From an uncultured archaeon (GTDB lineage: Archaea > Iainarchaeota > Iainarchaeia > Iainarchaeales > Iainarchaeaceae): a stretch of DNA of 32,000 bases. The notes under the pieces were generated by a model, which made no database searches, had not been told where the DNA came from, and saw nothing but the letters and a program-made list of their open reading frames with translations. The first letter of the stretch is position 1. Each line of letters starts with the position of its first letter. Shown one piece after another: positions 18,074-26,986 of this stretch. A program made the translations under genes and the position numbers. The stretch is taken from contig CAZNZM010000004.1 in the NCBI GenBank assembly GCA_964577555.1, forward strand, positions 23,200-55,199, written 5' to 3'.

Positions 18074-19621
18074 ATGGAAGAAAACAAACCAATAAAAGAA
18101 ACAATTCAGAGAATCGCCTTTGAATTAAGAGAAAGCGGAGCAACAGAATGGGAAGTTCTAAAAATAATAAAAGAACTTGAAAACATTACTACATCGGAAA
18201 CACAATACAGAAAACGCGCAGCAGAATTGCTTGAAAAACTCAACCCCGAAGCAGCCAGAACATTCAAATCATTCGAAAAAATGAAAGTATACACTTCGGC
18301 TGAAAAAAGAGAAGCATTTGACAGAGGCAACATAATAAAATCACTACTCAAAGAAACAAGCCTTAGCAGGCACATAGCGGAAAAAATAGGAGCTGAAGTA
18401 GAAGACAAAATAAAAGACATGAAAATAGAACAACTCAACACACAAATAATAAGAGAAATGGTAAGCACAAAACTCCTAGAATACGGACACGAAGTGGGGC
18501 ACAGAGAATACTCAAGAATAGGACTACCAGTCTTTGAAGTAAAGAAAAAACTTGAACAAGGGTTTTTTGAAAACAAAGAAATACTCAAAGAATTTAATTG
18601 GCTTTTCAAAATACCTCTAAAAACAAAACAACTTCACTTCGACTCAATAATAAACATACATTACCCAGAAGATTTTTCAACAAAAATTTTTGCAACAGCA
18701 AAACACCTCAAAGGAGAAAGAGAAGACATACTACTGGCAACCATAGAAGCGGACAAATACATCAGCACACCATTGACAATAACAGCAATAAACTACTCAA
18801 GAGCCGAAAACATAAAAACAGAAAAAAAAGCACAAGAAGAAGCACAAGCGCTAGAAAAAATATTCACGGCAACAGGCAAAAAACGAAACGCACAAATCGC
18901 ATTATTCACAGACTACGAATGGGAAAAATCCGGAACAAAAACCGGAGCAATGCTTCTGGCAAAAGCATTAATGGAAAAAACTGACTCAAAAGCACTTGAA
19001 ACTTCAATCGCAATAGATACAAAATACAAACTAAAACTACTGCCAAAAAGAAAAGAAAACATAAACATACTCAACTATTCAAAAGAAAAAACAACAAAAT
19101 TCGGAAAAATAACAATATGCGGAAACACAAACACAATACTGCAAACAACATCAATCAACACACCAAAAATAATCGAAATTTCAAGCAAAGAAGAATTCTG
19201 GAAAAAACTTGAAGAAATACTGCAAGAAATAAAAGAAATGTGCGAAACAAAAAGAAAAGAACTGGAAAAAAGAAACTACATAGACAAAAAAACATTAGAA
19301 CAAGCCGAAAACGTAATAGCACTTGCAGGACTAAACCAAACAGCAACACAAATAGAACAAAACCATGCAAAAACAATAGAACAAATAATAACAACAGTCC
19401 AAAAACACGGCTTCATAGCATGCTCATCCCCTCCAGAAGACAGTTTGCAACGCTTCGGCATCGAAGAAAAAGAAAACGAATTACAAAAAAAACTACTACA
19501 AATGACACAAAAAACCAGAAAAACATTCGGCCACACTTACATAGCAGAAAACACAAAAGAAGCTGAAACAATACTAAACGACTGCCCAAGCGTCACAATC
19601 CGAAAGACCGATACGGTTTAA
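18074..19621 (+). CDS. ATP-cone domain protein; the remainder is weakly reminiscent of the NrdD N-terminal region but has no glycyl-radical motif
   Basis: The ATP-cone is MKVYTSAEKREAFDRGNIIKSLLKETSLSRHIAEKIGAEVEDKIKDMKIEQLNTQIIREMVSTKLLEYG. DSIINIHYPEDFS loosely recalls the GDIHYHDLDYS of NrdD. I see no RVCGY-type C-terminus. Confidence 0.55.
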   Translation: MEENKPIKETIQRIAFELRESGATEWEVLKIIKELENITTSETQYRKRAAELLEKLNPEAARTFKSFEKMKVYTSAEKREAFDRGNIIKSLLKETSLSRHIAEKIGAEVEDKIKDMKIEQLNTQIIREMVSTKLLEYGHEVGHREYSRIGLPVFEVKKKLEQGFFENKEILKEFNWLFKIPLKTKQLHFDSIINIHYPEDFSTKIFATAKHLKGEREDILLATIEADKYISTPLTITAINYSRAENIKTEKKAQEEAQALEKIFTATGKKRNAQIALFTDYEWEKSGTKTGAMLLAKALMEKTDSKALETSIAIDTKYKLKLLPKRKENINILNYSKEKTTKFGKITICGNTNTILQTTSINTPKIIEISSKEEFWKKLEEILQEIKEMCETKRKELEKRNYIDKKTLEQAENVIALAGLNQTATQIEQNHAKTIEQIITTVQKHGFIACSSPPEDSLQRFGIEEKENELQKKLLQMTQKTRKTFGHTYIAENTKEAETILNDCPSVTIRKTDTV

Positions 19622-20348
19622 TAATCTCGAACTTGGACATATACAATTCAGTCTTAAGAGATTCAAAAAACGGAACAACAACAACCAAAGCAACAACAAG
19701 AGAAACAAAACCACCAACGCCAAAAGCCAAGTCAATCAAAAACTCCAACAACTGCAACAAAGTGACAGCCAAAAAACCTGAAACAAAAGCAATAACAAAT
19801 GCAAAAGGGTTTTTTAGCATAAATTCAAAAGACGACAAAACCGAGGACAACAAACCTTCCTCATCAACCACTATAGCCTGCCCAAGAAAAAGAAAAGGCA
19901 AAGAAACAAAAAAAAGCAACAAATTAACAACCAAAGGCGAAACCCCAAAATCAATAAGAAGAGAAGAAACCACCGCAGCCAAAACAACAAAAATCGCCAA
20001 AAATTGAAAATACTTCAACCCGAATTTCGACACCTTCTCGCTCAAATAATAATGCAACTTAACCTTGTTAAAATCAGCCCTAACAGCAAAAATCATCAAA
20101 CAAACCAAAACAGAATAAAAAAACAAAAACACCAAAGCCAACAAAAGCAAAAAAACAGCATCAACCAACGGTTTTTTCAAAAAACCATAATCAATCATGA
20201 CAGTTCCTGAAGAAACAACCACGTTTGAAAGCCAAGAAAACGGCAATACAAAAAAAAGCAAAAGACTGAAAGAGGCCGCAGTAGTAATATTATTCTTATA
20301 ATCCTCTAACGCTTCAAGAAAAACCATAAAAACCACAAAAAAAATCAT
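19593..20348 (-). CDS. Polytopic membrane protein of unknown function
   Basis: It has an ATG start and about 6 hydrophobic segments. I recognised no catalytic motif. Its 3' end overlaps the convergent 18074..19621 by 29 nt. Confidence 0.5.
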   Translation of the reverse strand: MIFFVVFMVFLEALEDYKNNITTAASFSLLLFFVLPFSWLSNVVVSSGTVMIDYGFLKKPLVDAVFLLLLALVFLFFYSVLVCLMIFAVRADFNKVKLHYYLSEKVSKFGLKYFQFLAIFVVLAAVVSSLLIDFGVSPLVVNLLLFFVSLPFLFLGQAIVVDEEGLLSSVLSSFEFMLKNPFAFVIAFVSGFLAVTLLQLLEFLIDLAFGVGGFVSLVVALVVVVPFFESLKTELYMSKFEIIKPYRSFGL

Positions 20349-20830
20349 TCAAAGCTATTAAAAATGTTACAATAAAACAAACAACCGGCAAAAACCACAA
20401 AAAAAACAAGCACCCAAAAAACTAAAACACAAAAAAATAGCCAAAACAAAACCACAAAAAAAATAATTTGCCAAAAAACATAATGGCAAAAAAAAACAAA
20501 TTCACAAAAAATAACAAAAAATCGTCCCGCAAAAAAGAATCCAAAAAAAATTGGTTTGCAAAAAACAAAATTTCAAACAAAAAATGCCGAGTAAAAAATA
20601 ATTCAAAATAAATAAAAAAACAAAATTAATTTAAAATAAATAATTAAAAAAAATAAAAAAATGTCTAAAAAACAAATTACCTAAAAACACAAATAACAAA
20701 AAAGTTTCACACAAAAAACACACTTAAAATACTTGGCTTGCAAAAAAAAACAAAATTAGAAAACAACTCAAACAAGCAAAAAAAATGCTGAAATTTTAAT
20801 TGGCTCGCTGAATCGCAAAACCAAATAAAA
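20349..20830. other. 482-nt non-coding spacer of extreme composition (sampled 60-mer: A42 C14 T2 G2) with short GC-containing words
   Basis: The track shows no ORF of 60 aa or more. The words are ttggtttgc (20551), ttggcttgc (20733) and ttggctcgc (20800), each followed by A-runs. They are shared with spacer 26987-27337. Confidence 0.6.
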
Positions 20831-22129
20831 CTATTCCCAAGCCAACAAATTAATTTTACCCCTGCGAACAGAACCAGAACTACAATTATTCAAAACAACA
20901 CCAGCCAACCAACCAACACCAGCATCAACAACCTCAACCTCGGCAAATTTTCCCCTCAAATCAAAATCAACAAGAACAGGTTTATAGTTCTGAAGCCTCC
21001 CCAAAAACTTGCCTTTGGAACCAACCTCGCTAAAATAAGCAACTCCTTTACAACCAATCTCAGCCCTGCTCCTTTGATAAGAAATCAACCTGCACAAAGA
21101 AGACATGCGAGAACTACGCTCCTTGACAACTTTGCCAGGCAATTGAGGCATTTCAGCAGCCAAAGTGCCTGGACGAGGAGCAAACTTGGAAACATTAACT
21201 ATATCCGGCATTGTTTCCCTAACAACAGAAACAGTTTCCTCAAATTCAGAATCCGATTCAATTGGAAAGCCGACAATAACATCAGTAGCAATTGTTATGC
21301 CAGGCACATCACGCCTAAGCGAAGAAACCAAACCAACATACTGAGAAGCAGTATAACCCCTTCTCATAACACGCAAAACCCTGTCAGAACCAGACTGCAA
21401 AGGAATATGCAAAAACTTGTAAAGACGATTATCAGAAAACAACGGAACAAGTTTATTATAAATCCTCAACAAATGATGAGGATTCATCATACCAATTCTT
21501 ATCCTAAAATCGCCTTCAACCTCAAGAATTCTTGAAAGCAAATCAGGCAAAGAACAACCAATATCAAGCCCATAAGCACCAGTGTCCTGGCCAGTAAACC
21601 AAAACTCCTTTGAAACAGAAAGAGACTTTTCAAACCGAGCCTTTATTTTATCAGGAGAATAACTCTTAATATTGCCACGCGCAAGCTTTGTGCCACAAAA
21701 AGTGCAAAAATTAGTACAACCACTTTGAATAGGAATTATCGAAACATAAGGATTAGAACTAACAAATTCAACAGAAGGAGAAAAAGGCTCTGAAGCAATA
21801 CCAAGAACCTCAGAAAGCTTCTCAAGATCAGGGCCAATAGAAATTATATTTTTTGAAATACTTTGAACAGCATCAAGATTTATTTTAGGAAGACAACCAA
21901 ATACAACCAATTGGCTACCATTGGCAACTGCAATTTCATTCAAATGCCTTATCCTGGCAAGCATATCAAGCTCAGTCCTGCCTTTAACACCACAAGTATT
22001 AATGACAATAAAATCAGCGTTTTCAGGAGAAGACCCCAAAGAAAAACCATGCGAAAAAGCATGCCCCTTAATCTGTTCAGTCTCCGAAAGATTCATCGAA
22101 CAGCCATAACCTTCAACATATATGCGCAT
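20831..22129 (-). CDS. mtaB: MiaB-family radical SAM methylthiotransferase, archaeal/eukaryotic MtaB (CDKAL1-like) type
   Basis: MRIYVEGYGCSMN (UPF0004 N-domain), the radical SAM motif CTNFCTFCGTK, and a TRAM-like C-terminus (GKFAEVEVVDAG...). The track start at 22168 is TTG; ATG at 22129 gives the canonical N-terminus. Confidence 0.85.
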   Translation of the reverse strand: MRIYVEGYGCSMNLSETEQIKGHAFSHGFSLGSSPENADFIVINTCGVKGRTELDMLARIRHLNEIAVANGSQLVVFGCLPKINLDAVQSISKNIISIGPDLEKLSEVLGIASEPFSPSVEFVSSNPYVSIIPIQSGCTNFCTFCGTKLARGNIKSYSPDKIKARFEKSLSVSKEFWFTGQDTGAYGLDIGCSLPDLLSRILEVEGDFRIRIGMMNPHHLLRIYNKLVPLFSDNRLYKFLHIPLQSGSDRVLRVMRRGYTASQYVGLVSSLRRDVPGITIATDVIVGFPIESDSEFEETVSVVRETMPDIVNVSKFAPRPGTLAAEMPQLPGKVVKERSSRMSSLCRLISYQRSRAEIGCKGVAYFSEVGSKGKFLGRLQNYKPVLVDFDLRGKFAEVEVVDAGVGWLAGVVLNNCSSGSVRRGKINLLAWE

Positions 22130-22136
22130 AAGCGCC

Positions 22137-22646
22137 TCACACTTTTTCCTTTCCTTCAAACCTTTCAATCAACAAAACAGCAAACCAACCTGCCAAACCA
22201 GACAAAACAAAATAAAAAAAAGAAGAACCCAAAAAAGAACGAAAAAAATCAAGATTGGTTTGGACAATATAATCAGACATTTCAATTCCATAAAGACTCG
22301 CATTATTATAATGATACACATAAACTGCAAGATAAAAAGCCAAATAGGAAGCAACTAAAAACAACACCGGAAAAACATAATTTATGAAAACCTTTCCAAA
22401 ACCAAACTCCTTCCTCAAATAAGGAACAAGAAAATAAACGAAAAAAAAACCGACAACAGGCATCAACAACAAAGTATAATCAGACTGCCAAGGAAACCTG
22501 TCAAAAGAAATCAAAGAAAACGGCAAATCAGACTTTAAAGACCTAATAACAAAACCCAAAAAATAAAGCATAGCATAAAACAAAACGAAAATAACCAACG
22601 CCTTAAAATCCCTTGAACCCATAAAAAAACCGCAAAAATTGGGCAT
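22137..22646 (-). CDS. Small polytopic membrane protein of unknown function
   Basis: It has an ATG start and 4-5 hydrophobic segments rich in F, Y and L. I recognised no motif. Confidence 0.45.
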   Translation of the reverse strand: MPNFCGFFMGSRDFKALVIFVLFYAMLYFLGFVIRSLKSDLPFSLISFDRFPWQSDYTLLLMPVVGFFFVYFLVPYLRKEFGFGKVFINYVFPVLFLVASYLAFYLAVYVYHYNNASLYGIEMSDYIVQTNLDFFRSFLGSSFFYFVLSGLAGWFAVLLIERFEGKEKV

Positions 22647-22684
22647 GAATTAATTTAAAACCATTATCATTTCAAAAGCTTTTT
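22647..22684. promoter_or_regulatory. 38-nt divergent intergenic region holding two A/T palindromes (aattaatt, aaaagctttt): back-to-back TATA-like elements
   Basis: aatttaaaa is centred ~29 nt upstream of the rfcS ATG. The whole spacer is too short for 5' UTRs on both sides. Confidence 0.4.
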
Positions 22685-23653
22685 ATGAAAGAAGAACCAA
22701 ACCTGCCATGGATAGAAAAATACAGGCCAACAAAACTGGAAGAAGTAGAAGGACAAAAAGAAATAATAAAAGTACTGCAAAGCTACGTAAAAAACAAAAC
22801 AATGCCAAACCTAATGTTTACAGGCCAAGCAGGAATAGGAAAAACAAGCTGTGCAGTAGCACTAGCAAAAGAATTCTTCGGAGAAAAATTCAACCAAAAT
22901 TTTTTGGAGCTTAACGCAAGCGACGACAGAGGAATTGACGTAGTCAGGGAAACAATAAAAGACTTTGCAAGAACACTCGCATTCGATTCAAACTTCAAAA
23001 TAATATTCCTAGACGAAAGCGACGCCCTCACAATAGACGCACAACAAGCACTCAGAAGAACAATGGAAAGATATGCAAAAACATGCAGATTCATACTCTC
23101 ATGCAACTACTCAAGTAAAATAATAGAACCAATACAATCAAGATGCGTAGTACTGAGATTCAACCAACTCTCGGCAAAAGAAATAGAAGAAAAAATAAAA
23201 AAAATTGCACACGCAGAAAAAATAGAATTAGAAAAAGAAGCAATAAACGCAATAATCTACGTATCCCAAGGAGACATGAGAAAAGCAATAAACGTAATGC
23301 AAGCGGCAGCATCTCTGCACCAAAAAATAACAGAAAAATCAATATACGACGTTGCAGCAAGAGCAAGACCTGAAGAAATAAAAGAAATGATGAAACAAGC
23401 ACTAACAGGAAAATTCCTAGAAGCAAGACAAAACCTTGACAAACTAATGTACGAACACGGAATGAGCGGAGAAGACGTAATAAACCAAATGCACAGAGAA
23501 CTCATAAACATGCCGGAAGAAGAAATCGACGGCAAAACAAAAATAGAACTAATCGACAAAATAGGAGAATACAATTTCAGAATAGTGGAAGGAGCAAACG
23601 ACAGAATACAACTAGAAGCACTTCTTGCACAATTCATGAAACACAAAAAATAA
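22685..23653 (+). CDS. rfcS: Replication factor C small subunit
   Basis: WIEKYRPTKLEEVEGQ, a P-loop GQAGIGKTS (a variant of GPPGxGKT), IIFLDESDALT, and SRC motif EPIQSRCVVLRF. Confidence 0.92.
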   Translation: MKEEPNLPWIEKYRPTKLEEVEGQKEIIKVLQSYVKNKTMPNLMFTGQAGIGKTSCAVALAKEFFGEKFNQNFLELNASDDRGIDVVRETIKDFARTLAFDSNFKIIFLDESDALTIDAQQALRRTMERYAKTCRFILSCNYSSKIIEPIQSRCVVLRFNQLSAKEIEEKIKKIAHAEKIELEKEAINAIIYVSQGDMRKAINVMQAAASLHQKITEKSIYDVAARARPEEIKEMMKQALTGKFLEARQNLDKLMYEHGMSGEDVINQMHRELINMPEEEIDGKTKIELIDKIGEYNFRIVEGANDRIQLEALLAQFMKHKK

Positions 23654-23656
23654 AAT

Positions 23657-24907
23657 TCACTTCAAAAAATCAAAAATACTCCTTTGAGAAATGACTTCCG
23701 AAAGCACAACACTTCTCCTTTTCCAAACATCAAACGGCACAACCAACTTACTTGAAAGATAAGAAATCGCAAGACCAAGATTTGAAAAAGAAATAAAACC
23801 AGACCTCAAAGCATTGCGAACATTCTCCCGAATCTGCCAAACACCTAAAGGAATTTTATAATCATTACCAACTTCCCTAAAAACAACAACACCACACTGC
23901 CTCCTCTTAGACAACAAATACTCACAAACAGCAAGCCTTGCAGCATAATAAGCACCACCAACATTTTCAGCATAAGACTTTCTGCCGGAAAAAAACTCAA
24001 AATCTGAAACAATTTGAGTTTCAGAAGCACCTTCAGTCCAAACCCCGCCCGGCTTCCAAGCCTCAAGCACCTCAAAACACCAAACACGAGGAATAAGCAA
24101 AACAAAAAAATGATTATCCAAATAATGAGACTCAAAAACCATTACTTCGTCAAGAGTGGCAAAATACTTTATGCGCTCATCAATCAAATACTGAGAAATG
24201 CCAGAATCAACAGCAGTAATAGCCCAACGAGTAGGCACAAGCCGACGCTTCTTCTCAACACCCATCAACCCCGCTGAAAGAAGCTTATGCAATTGATTCA
24301 CACCAACCCCTGAATCAAAAAGCTCAAGCAAACCTGAAACAGCACTGGCATCAGTATCATAAACAACCCGCTCAACCTTTCTATTAACCCTGGGATTCTC
24401 TTCAAAAGAAAAACGCTTCAAATCAGCGCTAGGACCCATAGGCGCAACTGAATCAGAAAAAGAAAGAACAGGAAAAGGCTTGTTTTTAAGCTCCAACTCC
24501 ACAGACACCGGTTTGGAAGACATTGCAAGCTCCTGCAAATCCAAAAGCGCATAATCCGGCTTTGAAGCAGAATCCACATCAAAAACAGCATTGCCACGCA
24601 CAAGAGACTGCCTAAAAGAAACTATCTTTGCCTCAGGAAGACCAAACCACTTATCAGTATCATCAAGCAAAGCAGCATCAGAAAAATGCCCAGCAGGAGA
24701 CATAGGCGCAACCACAACCTCAGGATAATTTGAACTGGAAACAAAAAAACCGGGCGGAGAAGAACCAGAAACAGAATTCCCAACAAACTTTGACAAAGAA
24801 TTTTGAAAAGCAGAATACTTTTCAAGAACATAACAATTAGGACCACACCAAAGCCTGCCCTTGCACTTCACACAAACCTCCGGAGAAGGCGAAACACGAA
24901 CATTCAT
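23657..24907 (-). CDS. nreA: Archaeal Nre-family DNA repair protein
   Basis: The N-terminus CVKCKGRLWCGPNCYVLEKY is typical of Nre, and the length and overall pattern fit. The track start at 24928 is TTG; ATG at 24907 gives MNVRVSPSPEVCVKCKG. Confidence 0.75.
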   Translation of the reverse strand: MNVRVSPSPEVCVKCKGRLWCGPNCYVLEKYSAFQNSLSKFVGNSVSGSSPPGFFVSSSNYPEVVVAPMSPAGHFSDAALLDDTDKWFGLPEAKIVSFRQSLVRGNAVFDVDSASKPDYALLDLQELAMSSKPVSVELELKNKPFPVLSFSDSVAPMGPSADLKRFSFEENPRVNRKVERVVYDTDASAVSGLLELFDSGVGVNQLHKLLSAGLMGVEKKRRLVPTRWAITAVDSGISQYLIDERIKYFATLDEVMVFESHYLDNHFFVLLIPRVWCFEVLEAWKPGGVWTEGASETQIVSDFEFFSGRKSYAENVGGAYYAARLAVCEYLLSKRRQCGVVVFREVGNDYKIPLGVWQIRENVRNALRSGFISFSNLGLAISYLSSKLVVPFDVWKRRSVVLSEVISQRSIFDFLK

Positions 24908-25043
24908 AAATAAAAAAAACCGCGACAAAAATAAATAAGGAAATTACAAAACAAAAAAAAGCTACAAACACAAAAAAAACAAGTTAATTTTAAAAAATAA
25001 ATTGAAAAACAAACAAAAAATACCTCAAAAACAAAATCCAACA

Positions 25044-25056
25044 ATTATTTTTATTA
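25044..25056 (+). promoter_or_regulatory. TATA-like box (attatttttatta) for thrS
   Basis: It is centred ~29 nt upstream of the ATG at 25079. Confidence 0.35.
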
Positions 25057-25078
25057 CTTCCCACACACAAAGTAAACA

Positions 25079-26986
25079 ATGGAAAAAATAATACTTGAAT
25101 TCCCAGACGGCACAAAAAAAGAATTCCAAAAAAACACAACAGCACAACAAATAGCTGAAAGCATAGGAACAAAGCTAGCCAAAGAAGCATTATCCGCAAA
25201 AATCAACGAAAAAATAATAGAAATGGACACCCCAATCCAAGAAAGCGGCAAATTCAAAATACTCACCTGGCAAGACGACGAAGGAAAAAAAAGCATGTGG
25301 CACACTGCATCACACGTGCTTGCAGAAGCTGTAACAGAACTTTTTCCAGAAGCAAAACCAACAATAGGGCCTCCAATAGAAGAAGGATTTTACTACGACT
25401 TCCACACCAAAGAACCATTCACTCCAGAAGACTTGAACAAAATTGAAAAAAAAATGCAAGAAATAATAAAAGAAAAAAGAAAAATAGAAAGAGAAGAAAC
25501 GGAAAAAAACGAAGCAATAAAAAAATTCAAAGGAAACAAATTCAAACAAGAACTAATAGAAGAATTCGCACAACAAGGAAAAAAAATCACTATTTACAAA
25601 CAAGGAAAATTCTACGATTTGTGCAAAGGCGGACACGTCACAAACACAGAAAAAATAGGAGAAATAAAACTGCTAAAAACATCATCAGCGTATTGGAAAG
25701 GAGACCAAACAAAAGAAACCTTGCAAAGAATTTACGGCATAGCATTCCCAAAACAAACAATGCTGGAAGAATTCCTAAAAAACAAAGAAGAAGCAGAAAA
25801 AAGAAACCACACTAAAATAGGCAAAGAACTAAAAATTTTTTCAATGCACGAAGAAGCTCCAGGCACAATATTCTTCCACAACGCAGGCACAATAATATGG
25901 AACGAGCTAGTAAACTTTGCAAGAGAAGAACAAAAAAAAAGAGGATACATAGAAGTAATAACCCCAATAATAATGAAAAAAGAACTTTGGCTCAAAAGCG
26001 GACACTGGGACCATTACAAAGAAAACATGTACTTTACAAAAATAGACAACGAAGAATACGCAATCAAACCAATGAATTGCCCAGGCCACACACTAATTTA
26101 CAGCAACAACAGACACTCATACAGAGACCTCCCAATAAGAATGGCAGAATTCGGAATAGTCCACAGACACGAACTCTCAGGAGTACTAAACGGAATGCTA
26201 AGAGTAAGAAAATTCACACAAGACGACACACACATATTCTGCACCCCAGAACAAATAGAACAAGAAGTAAAAACACTACTAGACATGGCTGGACAATACT
26301 ACAAAACATTCGGCTTTGAATACAAAATAGAACTATCAACCAAACCAAAAAAAGCAATGGGTTCAAAAGAAATATGGGAAAAAGCAGAAAACGCACTAAA
26401 AAAAGCGCTACAAGAAGCAGGAAAAGAATTCAAAATAAACGAAGGAGACGGAGCATTCTACGGCCCAAAAATAGACTTCCACATAAAAGACGCAATAGGA
26501 AGAAGCTGGCAACTAGGCACAATACAATTGGACTTCCAAATGCCCGAAAAATTCCAACTAACATACATAGACAAAGAAGGCAAAGAACAAAGACCAGTAA
26601 TGATACACAGAGCAATATTCGGCTCGCTGGAAAGATTCATAGGAATACTAATAGAACACTACGCAGGCGCATTCCCAACATGGCTGGCACCAACACAAGT
26701 AAAAATAATCTCAGTAAGCGAAAAACACAACGCACACGCAGAAAAAATATGGCAAACCATGAAAGAAAAAGGAATAAGAGCCCAACTAGACACGGAAAAC
26801 CAAACAGTAGCATACAAAGTAAGAGAAGCACAAACACAAAAAATACCTTACATAATCACAATCGGCGAAAAAGAAGAAAAAACAAACACAATAGCAGTAA
26901 AAGACAGACAAGGAAAACTAGAATTCGGAATAAAAACAGAAGAATTCATAGAAAAAATACAAAAAACAATCAAAGAAAAAAAATAA
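25079..26986 (+). CDS. thrS: Threonyl-tRNA synthetase, full-length bacterial/eukaryotic-type architecture (TGS + SAD/editing + class II core + anticodon-binding)
   Basis: HTASHVLAEAVTELFPEAKPTIGPPIEEGFYYDF (SAD), HTKIGKELKIF, and MNCPGHTLIY...FGIVHRHELSG...RVRKFTQDDTHIF. Confidence 0.93.
   Translation: MEKIILEFPDGTKKEFQKNTTAQQIAESIGTKLAKEALSAKINEKIIEMDTPIQESGKFKILTWQDDEGKKSMWHTASHVLAEAVTELFPEAKPTIGPPIEEGFYYDFHTKEPFTPEDLNKIEKKMQEIIKEKRKIEREETEKNEAIKKFKGNKFKQELIEEFAQQGKKITIYKQGKFYDLCKGGHVTNTEKIGEIKLLKTSSAYWKGDQTKETLQRIYGIAFPKQTMLEEFLKNKEEAEKRNHTKIGKELKIFSMHEEAPGTIFFHNAGTIIWNELVNFAREEQKKRGYIEVITPIIMKKELWLKSGHWDHYKENMYFTKIDNEEYAIKPMNCPGHTLIYSNNRHSYRDLPIRMAEFGIVHRHELSGVLNGMLRVRKFTQDDTHIFCTPEQIEQEVKTLLDMAGQYYKTFGFEYKIELSTKPKKAMGSKEIWEKAENALKKALQEAGKEFKINEGDGAFYGPKIDFHIKDAIGRSWQLGTIQLDFQMPEKFQLTYIDKEGKEQRPVMIHRAIFGSLERFIGILIEHYAGAFPTWLAPTQVKIISVSEKHNAHAEKIWQTMKEKGIRAQLDTENQTVAYKVREAQTQKIPYIITIGEKEEKTNTIAVKDRQGKLEFGIKTEEFIEKIQKTIKEKK

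Noticed and set aside
19593-20348. This membrane protein (and 22137..22646) as the missing prepilin peptidase.
   Set aside because: Neither has the paired-Asp / GxGD signature of A24-family (PibD/ArlK/EppA) peptidases. The closest string is AFGVGGF, which lacks the Asp.
20483-20611. A 42-aa lysine-rich small ORF (MAKKNKFTKNNKKSSRKKESKKNWFAKNKISNKKCRVKNNSK), plus MAHKKK-type mini-ORFs at 27235.
   Set aside because: In ~70% A sequence, AAA/AAC-rich ORFs of this size are expected by chance. There are no supporting expression signals, and the composition is indistinguishable from the flanking non-coding DNA.
20349-20830. Replication origin in the long A-rich spacers (also 26987-27337).
   Set aside because: There is no adjacent orc1/cdc6 gene. 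I found no ORB-like inverted repeats flanking an unwinding element. The strand skew does not switch sign across either spacer.
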